DNA from: Haplodiscus bocki
Taxonomy: Eukaryota
Length of the DNA: 64,000 nt
Assembly: GCA_965655095.1 (NCBI GenBank)
Contig: OZ296648.1
Location: 146,878,001-146,942,000 of the forward strand
Reading direction: 5' to 3'
Part shown: piece after piece, positions 40,401 through 51,505 of the stretch
Layout: each line of letters begins with the position of its first letter
Position numbering within the stretch: the stretch's first letter is position 1
Notes under the pieces: generated by a model
Databases searched by the model: none
Told to the model about the DNA's origin: nothing
The model's input: the letters and a program-made list of their open reading frames with translations, nothing else
Translations under genes and position numbers: made by a program

Positions 40401-41087
40401 AATTTTAAAACTAACCCACCTTGCTACTTTGCAAATGCTCTGAGCTAGGAGTGGTCAAAAAATAATTGGAGGGATGCAATCTGAACAAAAGTCACCGAAC
40501 AAAAACATTTAACAAGCACGTCCAAAAAAGAAGACACCCTTTCAATATCCAATGCAACTAAGGATTTCTCGTCATATGAGTACAAATGAACTCATTCCCA
40601 CTCCTTCTCAAAGGTTAGGCTAAGCTAGCAGACCAAAAAGTTGCATGGATGCAATCAGACTAAAACGTGTGAAAAAAATCACTTCTGAGAAACGGAACAA
40701 GCAAAAACAACTCCAACTTATCGACCAGAAGTCGGATTTTTGAGTAACAATCCTTGCTAGTTCGTAATTGCTCTGGGTCACGATTAATCGAATGAGCGCT
40801 GGCTGGAGGCAATCGAACGAATTACCGTTATGGAAAACATTTTTTTACGAACGACGCACGTAAAAATATCTATTTGTCCATTTAGAGGTTGACCTTATTT
40901 GCAATTAAAATATGAATTGAAACATTCCTGCTTTTCCGTCGATGTTCTCGATCACAAGTAGATTTCCTCGCGCTGACTAAACGGAAAAAGACTGGTAATT
41001 TAGGAAAAATTGAAGAAGGCAACTAAACATTTTTGATTTTTTTCCTTGGAACGAGATGATATTTTCGATCTTTCAGCAGTTTATTTG

Positions 41088-41151
<64 letters not shown>

Positions 41152-43958
41152 GGAAAAAATGTTTCTTTACCGAGCAAGCACGCTGCAATCGAGGCCGCAA
41201 ACAAATTATTGCAACAAAGCAAGAAAGCATGAACGAATGTCTGAGTGGAGTCATCAGTGATTGCGACTTCGTATTGGACGAAAAAAGTCGACCGTAATTC
41301 AATTTCTTTGCTCGCTCCGCTAGATGGGCTAGTGTAAAACCGAGGCAAAGCAAAGTTTCACAAAGCTGGCAACAAAATACAAGATGGACTGAACCTCTAC
41401 CGGTCAAAACTTTTCTGGTACACATCTTTCGAGGATGATTCTGCTACTTTCAAAATTTTAGCACTTTGAATTTGAACGTTCTCCATTCAAAGAAAGAAAA
41501 TGCACATACCATACTTTAACCAGACTTGGCCACTTGCTACTACTTGCATTAACAGCGAAGGGTTGCCGTCCAGTCATGAAAGTTCAGATAAATTACTTCA
41601 GAAAGTATCATTGTTTCAAGAAAATATACCGATTTATACATAAAATGAAAAATTTACCGTATAACCTACGAAAAAATGATCCTTGGTTTTCTGCAAATTT
41701 TACGGAATGCAAGTAGTTAACTGAACGTGGATCAAGGCCATCCAATCAAAAAGTTCAATGAACATCGCGTCTCAAACATCAGATAAATTACTGACTATCG
41801 GTTTGAGCGGTCGCATTTCTCACTAGTCTTTCTTTGCTTCCTTCTCCTCATTGGAAAAGGACAAAAATATATACTCTATTTTAAAAATCACCCAGCTCCT
41901 ACCTCTATTGCAGGCGCTATATTGAAATCGAAGCAGATGACAATATCATTTAATTAATGTGAGTTGTCTACAGCTAAACAAAATTAGAAACGTGGATCGC
42001 AATAAGCTGGCGCTCCTAGCCTAATGAAAAGCACGCGCAAGTACTTACAACTACCAATGTCTCCCTTCTATGAAATTTTTTGGTAGTATTAGACAAAAAT
42101 ATTGGACGAAAATCCTGGTACCCCCTTTAAAAAAAGTTTTCTGACACCAGAAACTTTCAAAGACACCCAAATGGCCCCGCTACCAAAATTTTCGGAACTG
42201 AGACAAAAACTTTCCGCAAAAATTGTGACGCTCTCCCTTATGCATAAAAGTTTTCGAAACCAGATTCTTTCAGAAACATCAAAAAAAATTTACTATCCTT
42301 TCTCTGATAACCCCCCTCTTTAGTTTACCGAAATTTTTCGCGTCCGACAAATGGGCAGCACCGACTTTCGTGCTGTTCTAAGCTGGTTTCCTAAAGTGCC
42401 GACTAAAGTGCAGCCATGAGTTGAATCAGATTTCAGATTTTGGCATATAGTAGAAAAATAGATTTAGCTAAAATTCCCATCGCGTCAAAAAACTGCACAC
42501 TTATCAAGGAGTCGAAAATTTTGGAGCCTACAAAGATCTAGTAGTCAATTTCGACGATTTGAAGTTTGCAATTTTTCGATGCTTTGGGAATCAACAATTT
42601 TTTGAATCGTCACCATTTTGAAAAGGTGGAAAACAAGACGCGATGTAATGTGACAAACTTGAGAATATTCGAAGCTATGTAATTGAATATTTGTATCTAC
42701 CTCACACTAATTCAAGTACTTGAAATCTTAGAGTAGACAGTGACGCTCTTTCTAGCTTTGGGGATGCGGAGAATGTAGATAGAGAAGCATAAAGTTAAAT
42801 GATAAGCAGGGACCATTCCTCTTCACTTCAGCGATCAAGTTCGCCCAGTAGTAAGATGTTTGCGAAAAGCGAAGAACAAAAAGAGAAAAGTAAAATCTAT
42901 TGCCATTGCGTACCATTTAATGCTTAAAAAGTTTAGTACTTCTATAAAATTTATCATCTTTTCAGGGCTCTCATGTTGAGAAGGCGGACCCTTTTGATTT
43001 GTTGGAACATTTTGGTATGCAGATTTATGAAACTTTTGTCTCACAGTGCCGAAAAAATCCACACGCCCACTCTTGGCACGTAAGTAGAGTGCTTAGGAAA
43101 CTCTAGAAACTGTTTCGTATGTCTGTCCGATGTTTTTTCAAGAACATAAAAAATGTGGGGTCGATCACAAACCTATTTGTCCTCACGAAAATTTTTTGTG
43201 TATGCCAAAACGGGAAATCGCGATAAAATTTTTGAAAAATTCAAAAATATTTCGACAAAATTCAAATTTAATGAAAACAAGCATGCATAAACTTCTGAGC
43301 AATGAGGATGAAGATGCAGCGAAAAAGTGGACAATCGATAGGGGCTTAAAAACAAGAAAAAACATCTTTTGTAGTTCTTGTTTTCACGAGCCGACTATAA
43401 AACGAAGTAAAAGTAAAAAAACGACTAGTGCCAAAACATCAAAATTTCAACAGCAAGTGGTTAAAAACAAATAAAATGAAGGGGCTGGTTTCAGTGAAAA
43501 ACGCGGAAACTCATTAGATTTCAACCAAACTGAGTGAATGTTGTATGTTGCACTATAAATTTCCATAATTCCATAAAAGGTTGCTTACCCACCCCTGCTT
43601 TTCAACGTTTGGAATTCATTTCGTTTTGCCGCTATGATGTTTTTGCTTGTTACCTGTAAGGAACATCTGGATTGATTTCATCGACCCATCGCAGAGAAGT
43701 CAAAATTTTGATTCTTTCACTCAGAGGGTAGACAGTCATAGAGCCTTTACCAAAAGCTATCTCTTCATCTGCGTGCACCGCGGCTACAAGAATTCCCCCG
43801 AAATTTTTTGCTTGTCTGAAAGCATTTGCGTGACCGAAATGAAAAAGGTCAAAGCATCCATCACATAATAACTTTTCATTGGGTGACACTTTAGAGACCC
43901 ATCGTTCATCAATTTGGTATTCGTTAGTTTCTTCCATCGGATCTCTTCTCGGAATCAT
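16159..43958 (-). CDS. PCYT2: Ethanolamine-phosphate cytidylyltransferase, spliced model join(43958-43654, 27416-27349, 27005-26854, 17635-17327, 16443-16159), 372 aa
   Basis: Two cytidylyltransferase domains: CDGCFDLFHFGH, VHGDD, RTRGVSST, YVCGSFDLYHAGT, LEQRAMCVSACKYVDE. All introns are GT-AG with matching phases; total 1119 nt. An upstream exon is implied by the acceptor at 43974. Confidence 0.88.
17327..17635 (-). CDS. PCYT2: PCYT2 exon (C-terminal CT domain)
   Basis: ttaattag| acceptor, CGG|gtgagt donor; YVCGSFDLYHAGT...DYLIVGV...LEQRAMCVSACKYVDEILLNAP. Confidence 0.9.
17738..18638. mobile_element. Non-autonomous DNA transposon (MITE), CCC...GGG termini, TA duplication; CMC/EnSpm-like architecture
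   Basis: Perfect 20-bp TIR CCCGGGTTGAAGTCCCAGAG flanked by TA on both sides; many subterminal palindromic CAGCGCTG repeats at both ends; no coding capacity. Confidence 0.88.
18753..19085 (+). CDS. Candidate Cys-rich exon/ORF antisense in PCYT2 intron 3
   Basis: Hydrophobic N-terminal stretch, CxxxC motifs (CRRAC, CLERC), donor TGC|gtaagt at 19041 and acceptor ttattcag| near 19109; no in-frame ATG found. Confidence 0.3.
   Translation: MQTRLLITLILVIISGCICYILDRECRRACIGKKQRLKLQILFGSNLQFCLERCVTNTPLKQRLRCVSCFINKQNKSLELLSSYFYCLAGSANKDCVSSIARTSRAMKGK
21768..21830 (-). repeat. tRNA(Ile-AAT)-derived pseudogene / SINE head
   Basis: Minus strand ...GCGCTAATAACCCGAATGTTCTAGGTTCGATTCCTAG: CTAATAA loop and B box; D-arm and acceptor stem degenerate. 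Confidence 0.5.
25410..26819. mobile_element. 1.37-kb insertion flanked by a perfect 20-bp direct repeat
   Basis: CAGTTTCGCCTCTGTGTAAA at 25410-25429 and 26800-26819; internal tRNA-like boxes and inverted copies of the AATAAGCTGG motif. Confidence 0.55.
26854..27005 (-). CDS. PCYT2: PCYT2 exon (GADGRDCHSDAKAGGIYKIVRRTRGVSSTEIL...)
   Basis: tttgtttcag| acceptor; RTxGVSST motif; donor ACC|gttagc chosen because it is phase 0 (3' boundary less certain). Confidence 0.82.
27349..27416 (-). CDS. PCYT2: PCYT2 exon (ITLEDLRRLKMDYTVHGDDISF)
   Basis: tattgcag| acceptor, G|gtaatg donor; HGDD motif; phases 2/1 fit the neighbouring exons. Confidence 0.88.
28841..28918 (-). repeat. tRNA-derived SINE-like head
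   Basis: Minus strand TGGCGTAGTT (A box) ... GGGCTCGAATCCC (B-box-like). Confidence 0.45.
29840..30075 (-). pseudogene. Old hAT transposase C-terminal dimerisation-domain relic
   Basis: SVIAFFKKNETLCSYPKL(fs)LLSILPYPASAETAFSRAQFPTQNKKSTFS resembles the hATC pattern (P.SA..ER.FS). Confidence 0.5.
30084..30822 (-). mobile_element. Internally deleted hAT DNA transposon with transposase fragment
   Basis: 8-bp TSD ATTGAAGG (30076-83, 30823-30); termini CAGGGTTGGT / ACCAACCCAA; coding remnants CVMSD(fs)NAANM...YGCQAHIANL (hAT D and CxxH motifs). Confidence 0.88.
31212..31282 (+). repeat. tRNA-derived pseudogene / SINE head
   Basis: TGACGTAGTGGTTAAG (A box) and GGTTCGATTC (B box); stems do not pair well. 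Confidence 0.45.
33044..33410 (+). pseudogene. MULE (Mutator-like) transposase fragment
   Basis: TGTLKTAPPLLVQIYTLFG...IPVVWYFLGGKKEEIHSKMF and GYWFHYLQCIYCKIK match the MULE DGTF..P and GCxFH motifs; frameshifted. Confidence 0.75.
33959..34380 (-). mobile_element. 422-bp non-autonomous element, probably MULE-derived
   Basis: TSD AAACGCAC at 33951-58 and 34381-88; TIR GGTTGCATCTCATT vs GGTGGCGTCTCATT; internal MIKSQYARGIIFDDRYL.. FLYWCH-like remnant. Confidence 0.72.
35976..37806 (+). mobile_element. Degenerate CR1/L2-group non-LTR retrotransposon ORF2 (APE endonuclease + N-terminal RT), 3'-truncated
   Basis: IVCLTETW, RGRGVAIY, EPTR, YRPISLLSAMSKVFEK, NQFGFR, DIKKAFDTID, YLTDRFQFV; breaks off before the YADD region. 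Confidence 0.92.
41088..41150. repeat. (CT)n microsatellite
   Basis: About 30 CT dinucleotides with two interruptions. Confidence 0.97.
42050..42330 (-). repeat. Dispersed repeat of the TTTTGTCTCACAGTACCGAAA family (same family as about 852-1060)
   Basis: ttcggaactgagacaaaa and cccttatgcataaaagtttt are reverse complements of motifs at 940-1030; further traces near 23990, 43035 and 47900. Confidence 0.6.
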
Positions 43959-43973
43959 TTCAATGTGTTCCAC
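43654..43973 (-). CDS. PCYT2: PCYT2 first visible coding exon (N-terminal CT domain, HFGH)
   Basis: tttttttcag|GTG acceptor; LLCDGCFDLFHFGHANAFRQAK...LSERIKILTSLRWVDE; donor AG|gtaaca phase 2. Confidence 0.92.
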
Positions 43974-44344
43974 CTGAAAAAAATACCTCAATTTCAAGAA
44001 AAATTGCTAGGAATCAAGGATGCCAGACATTCGGCTCTGAGAAATTAGCATAGACGAAACAAGAAGGAAAAAGACAACTTCATATAGATTGACTATAAAT
44101 TAAAAACATATAGATGAAAAAATGCCACCTAAACAAATGACACCTTTGACGAAATGTTTCAGACGAAATGAAATTTGAATCATTTCACAGAGACAAAACA
44201 GAATTTCGCAACGCATTTTGACTTGTCAGTTGAGATTACGGATCCCAAAAGACATTTGAAACCGTGATCGGAGATGTGATTGACACTTTTAAGATATTTT
44301 TCTCCAACTGTCATGAGGAGAGTTTGTTCGAAAAAGGTCGAATT

Positions 44345-44715
44345 GAGACAAGTACCTCCTGTCAGAGGCTTTCACATTTGAAAATTTCATACGTCAATCA
44401 TGTCTTTTCAGGTTACGCAATTTTTCTGCCCAATGTTTGAGAAGTTTGCACAGAAAAAACGCGAAAATGAACAAGTACCTACCACACTGTCTCAATCAAA
44501 AAGTTGATAAGTCGATCAATGTCTTTTCAGGTTACGGCATTATGCCGCCCAATGCTTAAGTGTGGACAGTAACAACCGCAAAAAAAAGAAGTACCTGCCA
44601 CACTGTTTCTTCAATAAAAGGATGTCATTCATATTTTTTCTAGTTATACTATTTTGCTGCCCAATGTTCAAGAAAATTACAGTAAACAACGCGAAAGTAA
44701 GCAAGTATCTGCCCG
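44345..44715. repeat. Degenerate tandem repeat, about 115-124 bp x 3.3
   Basis: aagtacct at about 44350, 44474, 44589 and 44703; tgtcttttcaggttacg and gcccaatg recur in register. Confidence 0.8.
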
Positions 44716-47700
44716 AAAGAGGCCGTTTTTGACCCTTTACACTAGATGACTAGGTCTCAGTGACCTTTAAAAATGAAAGTTTAGGGCACAAGGAAAACTT
44801 TGATCGGCGAAAAAAAGAACAATGCATTGCTCCTGCAAAATCTTGCTAAAAATCCCGAATTTTCTTGCGAATATTTTTGCAAAAAAAAAACAGGATTTGT
44901 AAGAAGCCTTGCAAGATTTACTATATTTCCAAAAGATCTTACAAGATTAGATTTGTCAACAAGAATCATTCCAGAAAGCACAATTTGTGCAAGAATCTTA
45001 CGAGTTCCATAATTTGTGCAAGAATCTGTCAGAATGTTGTTTTATTTGTTTTTCTTCTCCTCTAGGGAAGTTACTTCAGGATACAAAAGTACTGTACGTT
45101 GAAAAAAGTTGAGATCTGAAGTCCGCAAACCCAAAACGTCTATTACTGGCGCGTTCAAAATTTCACTGCTTACCAAAACAGGTGCCTTAGTTGTTCCGAG
45201 ACCTATAATGGGCAAACTAACGTACACCTACAACTCAGGAACAAAGAGCAGGGCGTGAAAGGTAGTATACATTTGTGAAGCATTTATCCGGCTGCCCAAG
45301 ACATAAGCGATGGAAGGCAACGTAGGATCCAAATTGGCACATGTACTGGCACTTAAAACCACTCATGTAAAGAGTGTAACCGCTGCCTTGGAGCTCAACA
45401 AATGACCCAAGGTTAACGCGGGCCCTGAGAATTGACTGTCTGATCAAACAATCTCAAGCAGTCCAGATTTAAAAAGGACTGTATCCGAACACTTTTGGAA
45501 AAGAGCACATTAGCTATTCCTGTCAAAAATTTATCTTCAAAACTTTCTATCCTCAAGCGACACTGATCAGATCCGAGTTGATCAACATCCAAGTCTTTCT
45601 TGCTTGAAACTGGAGAAATGCCATGAAGAAAAAATCGACTCTCGAGAAAAATGAATTTTTACAGCTGGTAATATCTGATCAAAGTTCATATAATCACATG
45701 ATTAGTCTATAAATATTCATCGCGGGATAATTGAAAGAAGTGAGTTCAGTGTGTAAACATTCCGGAGTAGAGATAAGATAAAATAGCATACAAAAAAATA
45801 TGAGTTACCAAGTTTGACGTTTATCAATATTGATACCGGAGTTATTATTGACAGCTGATAAATCATAATCTGGCGCCAATATGGCGTCGAATATGCAGCT
45901 TTTATCTTCAAAGACCAACAAGTTTAAAGTGACTTGTACAAATACACAATCAAGATAAGTGAAAATGCACTAAATTACTAGGTAAATTCTTCACAAATTT
46001 TGAACTTCACATGTCCGTGAAAAAAATCTAAATTATAATTTACTCCAGAATGAAAGTAATAAGGGAATTGCTTTCCAAAAAGGTGAATTCTGTATTGGCA
46101 ATTTTGAGTGGTTTAATTTCAGTACTCTTCGAAGAACTAAAAAAAATAAAAAAAACTTTATCATGTCAATGAAATCGATAAATTAATCACATGAATCGGT
46201 TATTTTCTAAATATTAAGATTCAATATGAGAAATCTGGTGCAATTTATAGCCCGAATCATAAGCAACCTAAAGCAATAATACACTGCTAGCACCGCTTTT
46301 GCATCTGAAAGGGAAATATTTTTATTATATGAAAGTCAAACGATCGACTTCAGAAAATTTCTATACTCTGTGGTTTTAATAGCTCCAAAAAAGTTAATGA
46401 AGGCGGAATTCAAAAATCGCCCATCATACGATTGTGCACTAGAGTGAGGAGCTTGCATCTAGGATAGTATGAGTGACGTGTTGTTAACGTCATGCAAACG
46501 GCAATACTTAGGGTGATGTAAATATCAGTAATTTCACAATACAGGTTAGATGGTTCAAAACGAGTCAAACTGAAGAATGAAAGAGAAATCGTTTGCGACA
46601 ACTTCTGCAGATTATCCAAGAGCTATAACTGGGGGTAATCACATTTCTTAATATTAAATATTTACAGAGGGGGTCCAAAAATAGAGTGTCAAAAATAGGA
46701 GTTTCTTGACGTTTTGACTAAGTTTTCAGAAATTGAAGGTTTCTGAAGTTTTTGAAGGCTTTTCAAAGCTTCCTCTCACAGAACTGTAGGGAACTACAGT
46801 TGGTTCACTGCCATGCCTGAATGAGTTTTCGACCTGTCAACCAAATTTCACCATTTAGGTGTTTATGTTGGAATTTATGAGGTGCCGCCAACAAAGAGAT
46901 TGAGTTCGAAATTTCAGAGTGGTGATGAAAAAAGTTATAATTGGATCTTTTCTGTCAATTCCTCCCCCCACCAGTAGTAACGAGAATTTTAAATACCCCG
47001 ACGCAGAAATGAACTCGCCACGTATTGGCTAAAATTCACTCGCGCATGAGTTGTGAGTCAAAACATTACGCCGCTTATTATTGCGCAGATCCAATATGTT
47101 GTGGGAGGAGTTAAAACAGTAGGGGAAGGGGGAGTTAACAGAGAAGATCCCCATATTTTACTACCAACCAGTGAAACCAGTGCAGAAAAACGTACAAATT
47201 CAAACCCATTTTCCGCCCAAAAAATAAATGGAAATCACGTTTCTTAACATTCAAGTTTTGAGAACACAAAAGTTCCCATCTATGAAGTTTTTAGGCCATG
47301 TGAAACTGAAATTGTGTGACAAAAATATTGATAACCCCTTGCTAAACAGGTATATCATAGTTATTGAAATATATTCAAAATTGCAAACCTTTTTCACAAA
47401 GGGCACTACTGCTTCATTACAGATTGCTGTTTGGAGACTATATTGAGCAATGCGGTAATTTAAGATAATCATGTATAACTATGATAATCAAATTATCAAC
47501 AGTTAGAAGCATGCAACCCAGTTGCATTATTTACCTGATATTTTTTGACACACTTGAATATTTACAGCATCAAGCCAAAAATCTTCTCAATATTTATCAC
47601 AGCATGCATGTTTTTCAAAAAAGAAGTACAACGTAAAAACACCATACCTGAATGTGTCGAATTTTTCCATAGTGCTTCAGTTGGCTGTTTAATTTTAGTC

Positions 47701-49479
47701 GGAGCTTTCTCAGAAAAAGCTGACTCTTTGATTAATTTTGTCCTTTTGAAATCAAAGCAAATTCTCCGATCTTCTTTGCGAGTATACCGACCGAGTCTTC
47801 CTTAATTTGTTGATGTTTTATTGTGTTTCAGTCTGTAAAATCAAAAATATACAAAATCTCGAAAACATCAAAGCACCCCCTAGGAACACTTTTGATACCG
47901 TGAGACCAAAAAATAACGAAAAATCGTGATACCACCACCCTCTGATATACAAAAATTTTCGCCATGAGAAATTTCCAAAATATACCAAAGGATCTCAATG
48001 AGAAACTTGAAGCCAACAAATTGTGATATGGATTGTCCAAACTTTCGCGTTCATCAGGTGGGCGGCGCACACATTGAGCTATTCACACATTGTTATAGAC
48101 CTGGTGACGATTTTATAAAGCGAAACATCTTGTCTCACATGGAATACAAATTATATACTGAAATATTTATCTTTGCAAATCTCAACGTTCAACTCTCTTC
48201 AGTAGGACTTTTCATCTATTTAAAGATCACTGTAACAACATCCGATTGAAAGTATCTGCGCGAATAACCTCCTGCGGAAGCTGACATCAGATATACATAA
48301 CCGTTCTCCGGACCACGCCATTAGCCCTGTCTTTCTACAGCAGAAAACGCCTGCCCTGTCTGGTCCCGATCTAGCCACTGCCAAATAGTGGATAAACCCC
48401 TGAATGAGAACTGCCGAAAAGTGACTGGATGCATTAAATCGACAAAAGAGCAAAAATAACACATTGGCAAGCATCAATTCCCCATAAATTCGAAGAGGAG
48501 CTGGCACCCAGAAGGATAAATGGAAATAGAAAAATGATAAAAGACATCGGGCATAGCACAACGGCGAGGAGACTGAAGTACCGGCAAAGCTTTTTGAACA
48601 CCTACAGAGCACTTGAGAATGTAGATGCCGTGAAGATCAAAAAATGGAGACTCCTGAATGCTTTAACAGGGGAAAGTAGTGTGTAAGAAGGCATTTGACG
48701 TCAAGACGCAGGACGCAGCAAAAACTAAATAAAAAATTTTAAAAATTAAACTATGTCAATGGGGGTGCACAGGAATGAAGATTTAATTTTGTGAAAAATT
48801 TTTTGAAGTCTTATCAATGGAAGTACACAGGAAAAAATATAAAAAACTTACATTGAAAAAAAACATAACCTCCCAAAACGCAAAACTGTACATAATAAAA
48901 AATTCATCCACACGCAAAAACCATTTCAACAAGCAGGTGGTTATCGAATTGGTTTTTTTTACAATTTCTTCCATATGAAAAAAGCAGGTGGTATTAAATT
49001 ATTCATTCACGTAAATTTCAAATGAGTAGAAAAATAATACGTATAAAATTACTGTTGCTAGGTAAAAAAATCAACACAGAAACAACTCATGAATTTTTTA
49101 AAAAACCACCAACCATTTTTCACATTTTTCAATTTCACATCAGACGTACACAACAAAAATCACCATCTTTCTCCAAATTCACAGTAGCAGCATTACCCAG
49201 AGTCAATCATATTCGAAGATATGAGAAGAATATCACATGGACAACCCACTATCCACGAAACCCATATCCCCACACAACGAAAACGACCTGTGATCATGAA
49301 GATGATGGTATCATGGAAACGATTTAACAACATGACACAAGGAGATTTTGAGGAAGAAAGTTTATTCGAAGACATCATGTGTTGTTTTATATTTGATCGT
49401 GGGTGTGATGTGATATATGTAAGTTTTATGAAACTTAATTTGGGGTACTATGTTTTTGGGGGGTTTGTATATTACAGCT

Positions 49480-49860
49480 TATTCTTACATGTTCTAGAAT
49501 CCGTTTAGGCGAGATTTCTACATGGTTTAGGAATGGTTTCACTGAGCTTACATGGTTTAGGAATGGTTCTAGGATCAGTTTAGGCCAGATTTATACATTA
49601 TAGCCCATGCTAACATGGTTTAGGATTGGTTTAACTGAGCTTACATGTTTTAGGATCCGTTTAAGCGAGATTTATACATTATAACATATCTCCACATGTT
49701 TTAGGAACCGTTTAACTAAGCTTTATACATTATAACTTATCTCCACATGTTTAAGGATCAGTTGAAGCGAGATTTATGCATTATACCATATCTCCACATG
49801 TTTTAAGATCAGTTGAAGCGAGATTTATACATTATAGAATATCTTCACATGTTTCAGGAT
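49480..49860. repeat. Polinton subterminal tandem repeats (51-bp unit plus 30-bp subunits)
   Basis: tccacatg at 49691, 49742 and 49793, ttcacatg at 49844; catggtttaggaatgg at 49521 and 49551. Confidence 0.88.
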
Positions 49861-50142
49861 AGGACATGCCTTCTTACCATGGTGAAAGTTGATATTGAGC
49901 GGTTCGATACCAATCGATAGATCATACCATAATTAGTATACCTTGAAAATTACAAGTTATTATATTATACCCCTCAAAATGTTACAAGTATAATTGTGAC
50001 AAAGTTGTCAAAAGACCCCAGATGACCTCAAATGATCCTTGAGTTAAACCCATTAAAAATAAAAACAAATTGAAAGGAGGTGGTAATATAGAAATAAAAC
50101 GATAAATATTTAGATGAAATTCTCCACAATAATAACTTATAA

Positions 50143-50480
50143 ATGGAATTAGCAAAGCAAAATAATTCTAATCATAAAACAGTAAGAAGCAACACAGTAC
50201 AAGATTTAAAAGAATTCAACTCTCAATCTTTATCAACACAAGCTAACAAAGGAGAACAACTAGTTAGTATGATGACAGCTATTAAAAAGGCTTTTGATTT
50301 ATTAGGTGATGATATAGTTGAATTATCTACAGAAAATGATGATTTGAAAGATAAAATAGGAAGTTAGGATTTAAAATGGTTAGAAGAATCTAAAGCAAAA
50401 CTATTAAAACAGATCGATGATGAGAAAAGACCAAATTTAAAATATGTCTAGATTGAAAAAACAGATGGAAAAACATTAAA
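50143..50480 (+). pseudogene. Polinton hypothetical coiled-coil protein
   Basis: MELAKQNN...DDLKDKIGS*DLKWLEESKAKLLKQIDDEKR continues past one stop. Confidence 0.55.
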
Positions 50481-50509
50481 TAAAGGGCTTATATTTCTTA
50501 TAATAAATT

Positions 50510-50888
50510 ATGGGAAAGTGAACTTGATAACATTGTTTCCAAAAAAAGATAAAGTACAAGATTTAAATATTAACCAATTAAAACTCGAAGTACATAATAC
50601 TTACAAAAAAGAGGAAAAAATAACAACAAAGTTTGAACCTACTGATGATACAGATATAGTAAACAGAGGATTTTTCTAGAAAAAGATTACTACGAATTTA
50701 AATTACAATACAACAAACAATCTGTAGAAGAAATTTTAATTCAAAGAGCTGTGAAAACGACTATCCAAATACTATATGACAAAGTTTTACTTGATAATTT
50801 TCAAAATGCTGATAAAGTTTTGAAAGATTTTTTATTTACCACAAGACGTAGACCTGATTTAGAGGAATTAAATGATGTCATTCAATGA
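50510..50888 (+). pseudogene. Polinton hypothetical protein
   Basis: ELDNIVSKKDKVQDLNINQLKLEVH...QSVEEILIQRAVKTTIQILYDK...FTTRRRPDLEE reconstructed across frameshifts. Confidence 0.5.
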
Positions 50889-51295
50889 TTTTGTTCAGAA
50901 GTATATATTAAAAAATAAAGCAAACATCAAAAATAAAAATACAACAAGTCCTTCATTCTATTGGATTAGACAATGTTGATATATATCTATGGGACGGACC
51001 ATTTGAATCTGACATAGGAATCGTTAATTTACACCCATCAAAAGGAACACATTGGGTTTGTTATATAAAAGAAATATATTTTGATAGTTATGTTTGTTCA
51101 CTTCAAAAACTATCTAAGATTATTATTAAACGCAATGGACATTGCTTAGACTCTGAATACAAAATACAAGGTCTAACAAATTAAAAAGATTCTTAATGTG
51201 CAACTTATTGTTTACATAAAAATTACTTGACGAAAGTGTTAGGTATTGATTGAAATTCTGCTGTTTTGAATTTATACTATCAAAAAATACAATAA
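50872..51295 (+). pseudogene. Adenain-like cysteine maturation protease (Polinton PRO)
   Basis: GIVNLHPSKGTHWVCY..YFDSY...KIQG...CATYCL gives His-Asp-Gln-Cys catalytic order; 3 stops and 1 frameshift. Confidence 0.88.
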
Positions 51296-51505
51296 CTTTG
51301 TCGTTTTCTTTATATTAAATGTCCCTGAGAAGAATAACAGTTGATAATAGCGTAAAACATATCCCACAAAGTGAACAATCTCAAGAGACAATAAACCAAA
51401 GACGATAAAGAATAATTCAATTCCTCGTAAACAAGACAAAAATCTTTCACAAAACAATAAGAAATTGATTAAAAACTTGGTGGCAGGAAGATTCGGCTTC
51501 CTTAA

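Noticed and set aside
41046-41425. ORFs with SL/ER repeats
   Set aside because: Translation artefacts of the (CT)n microsatellite.
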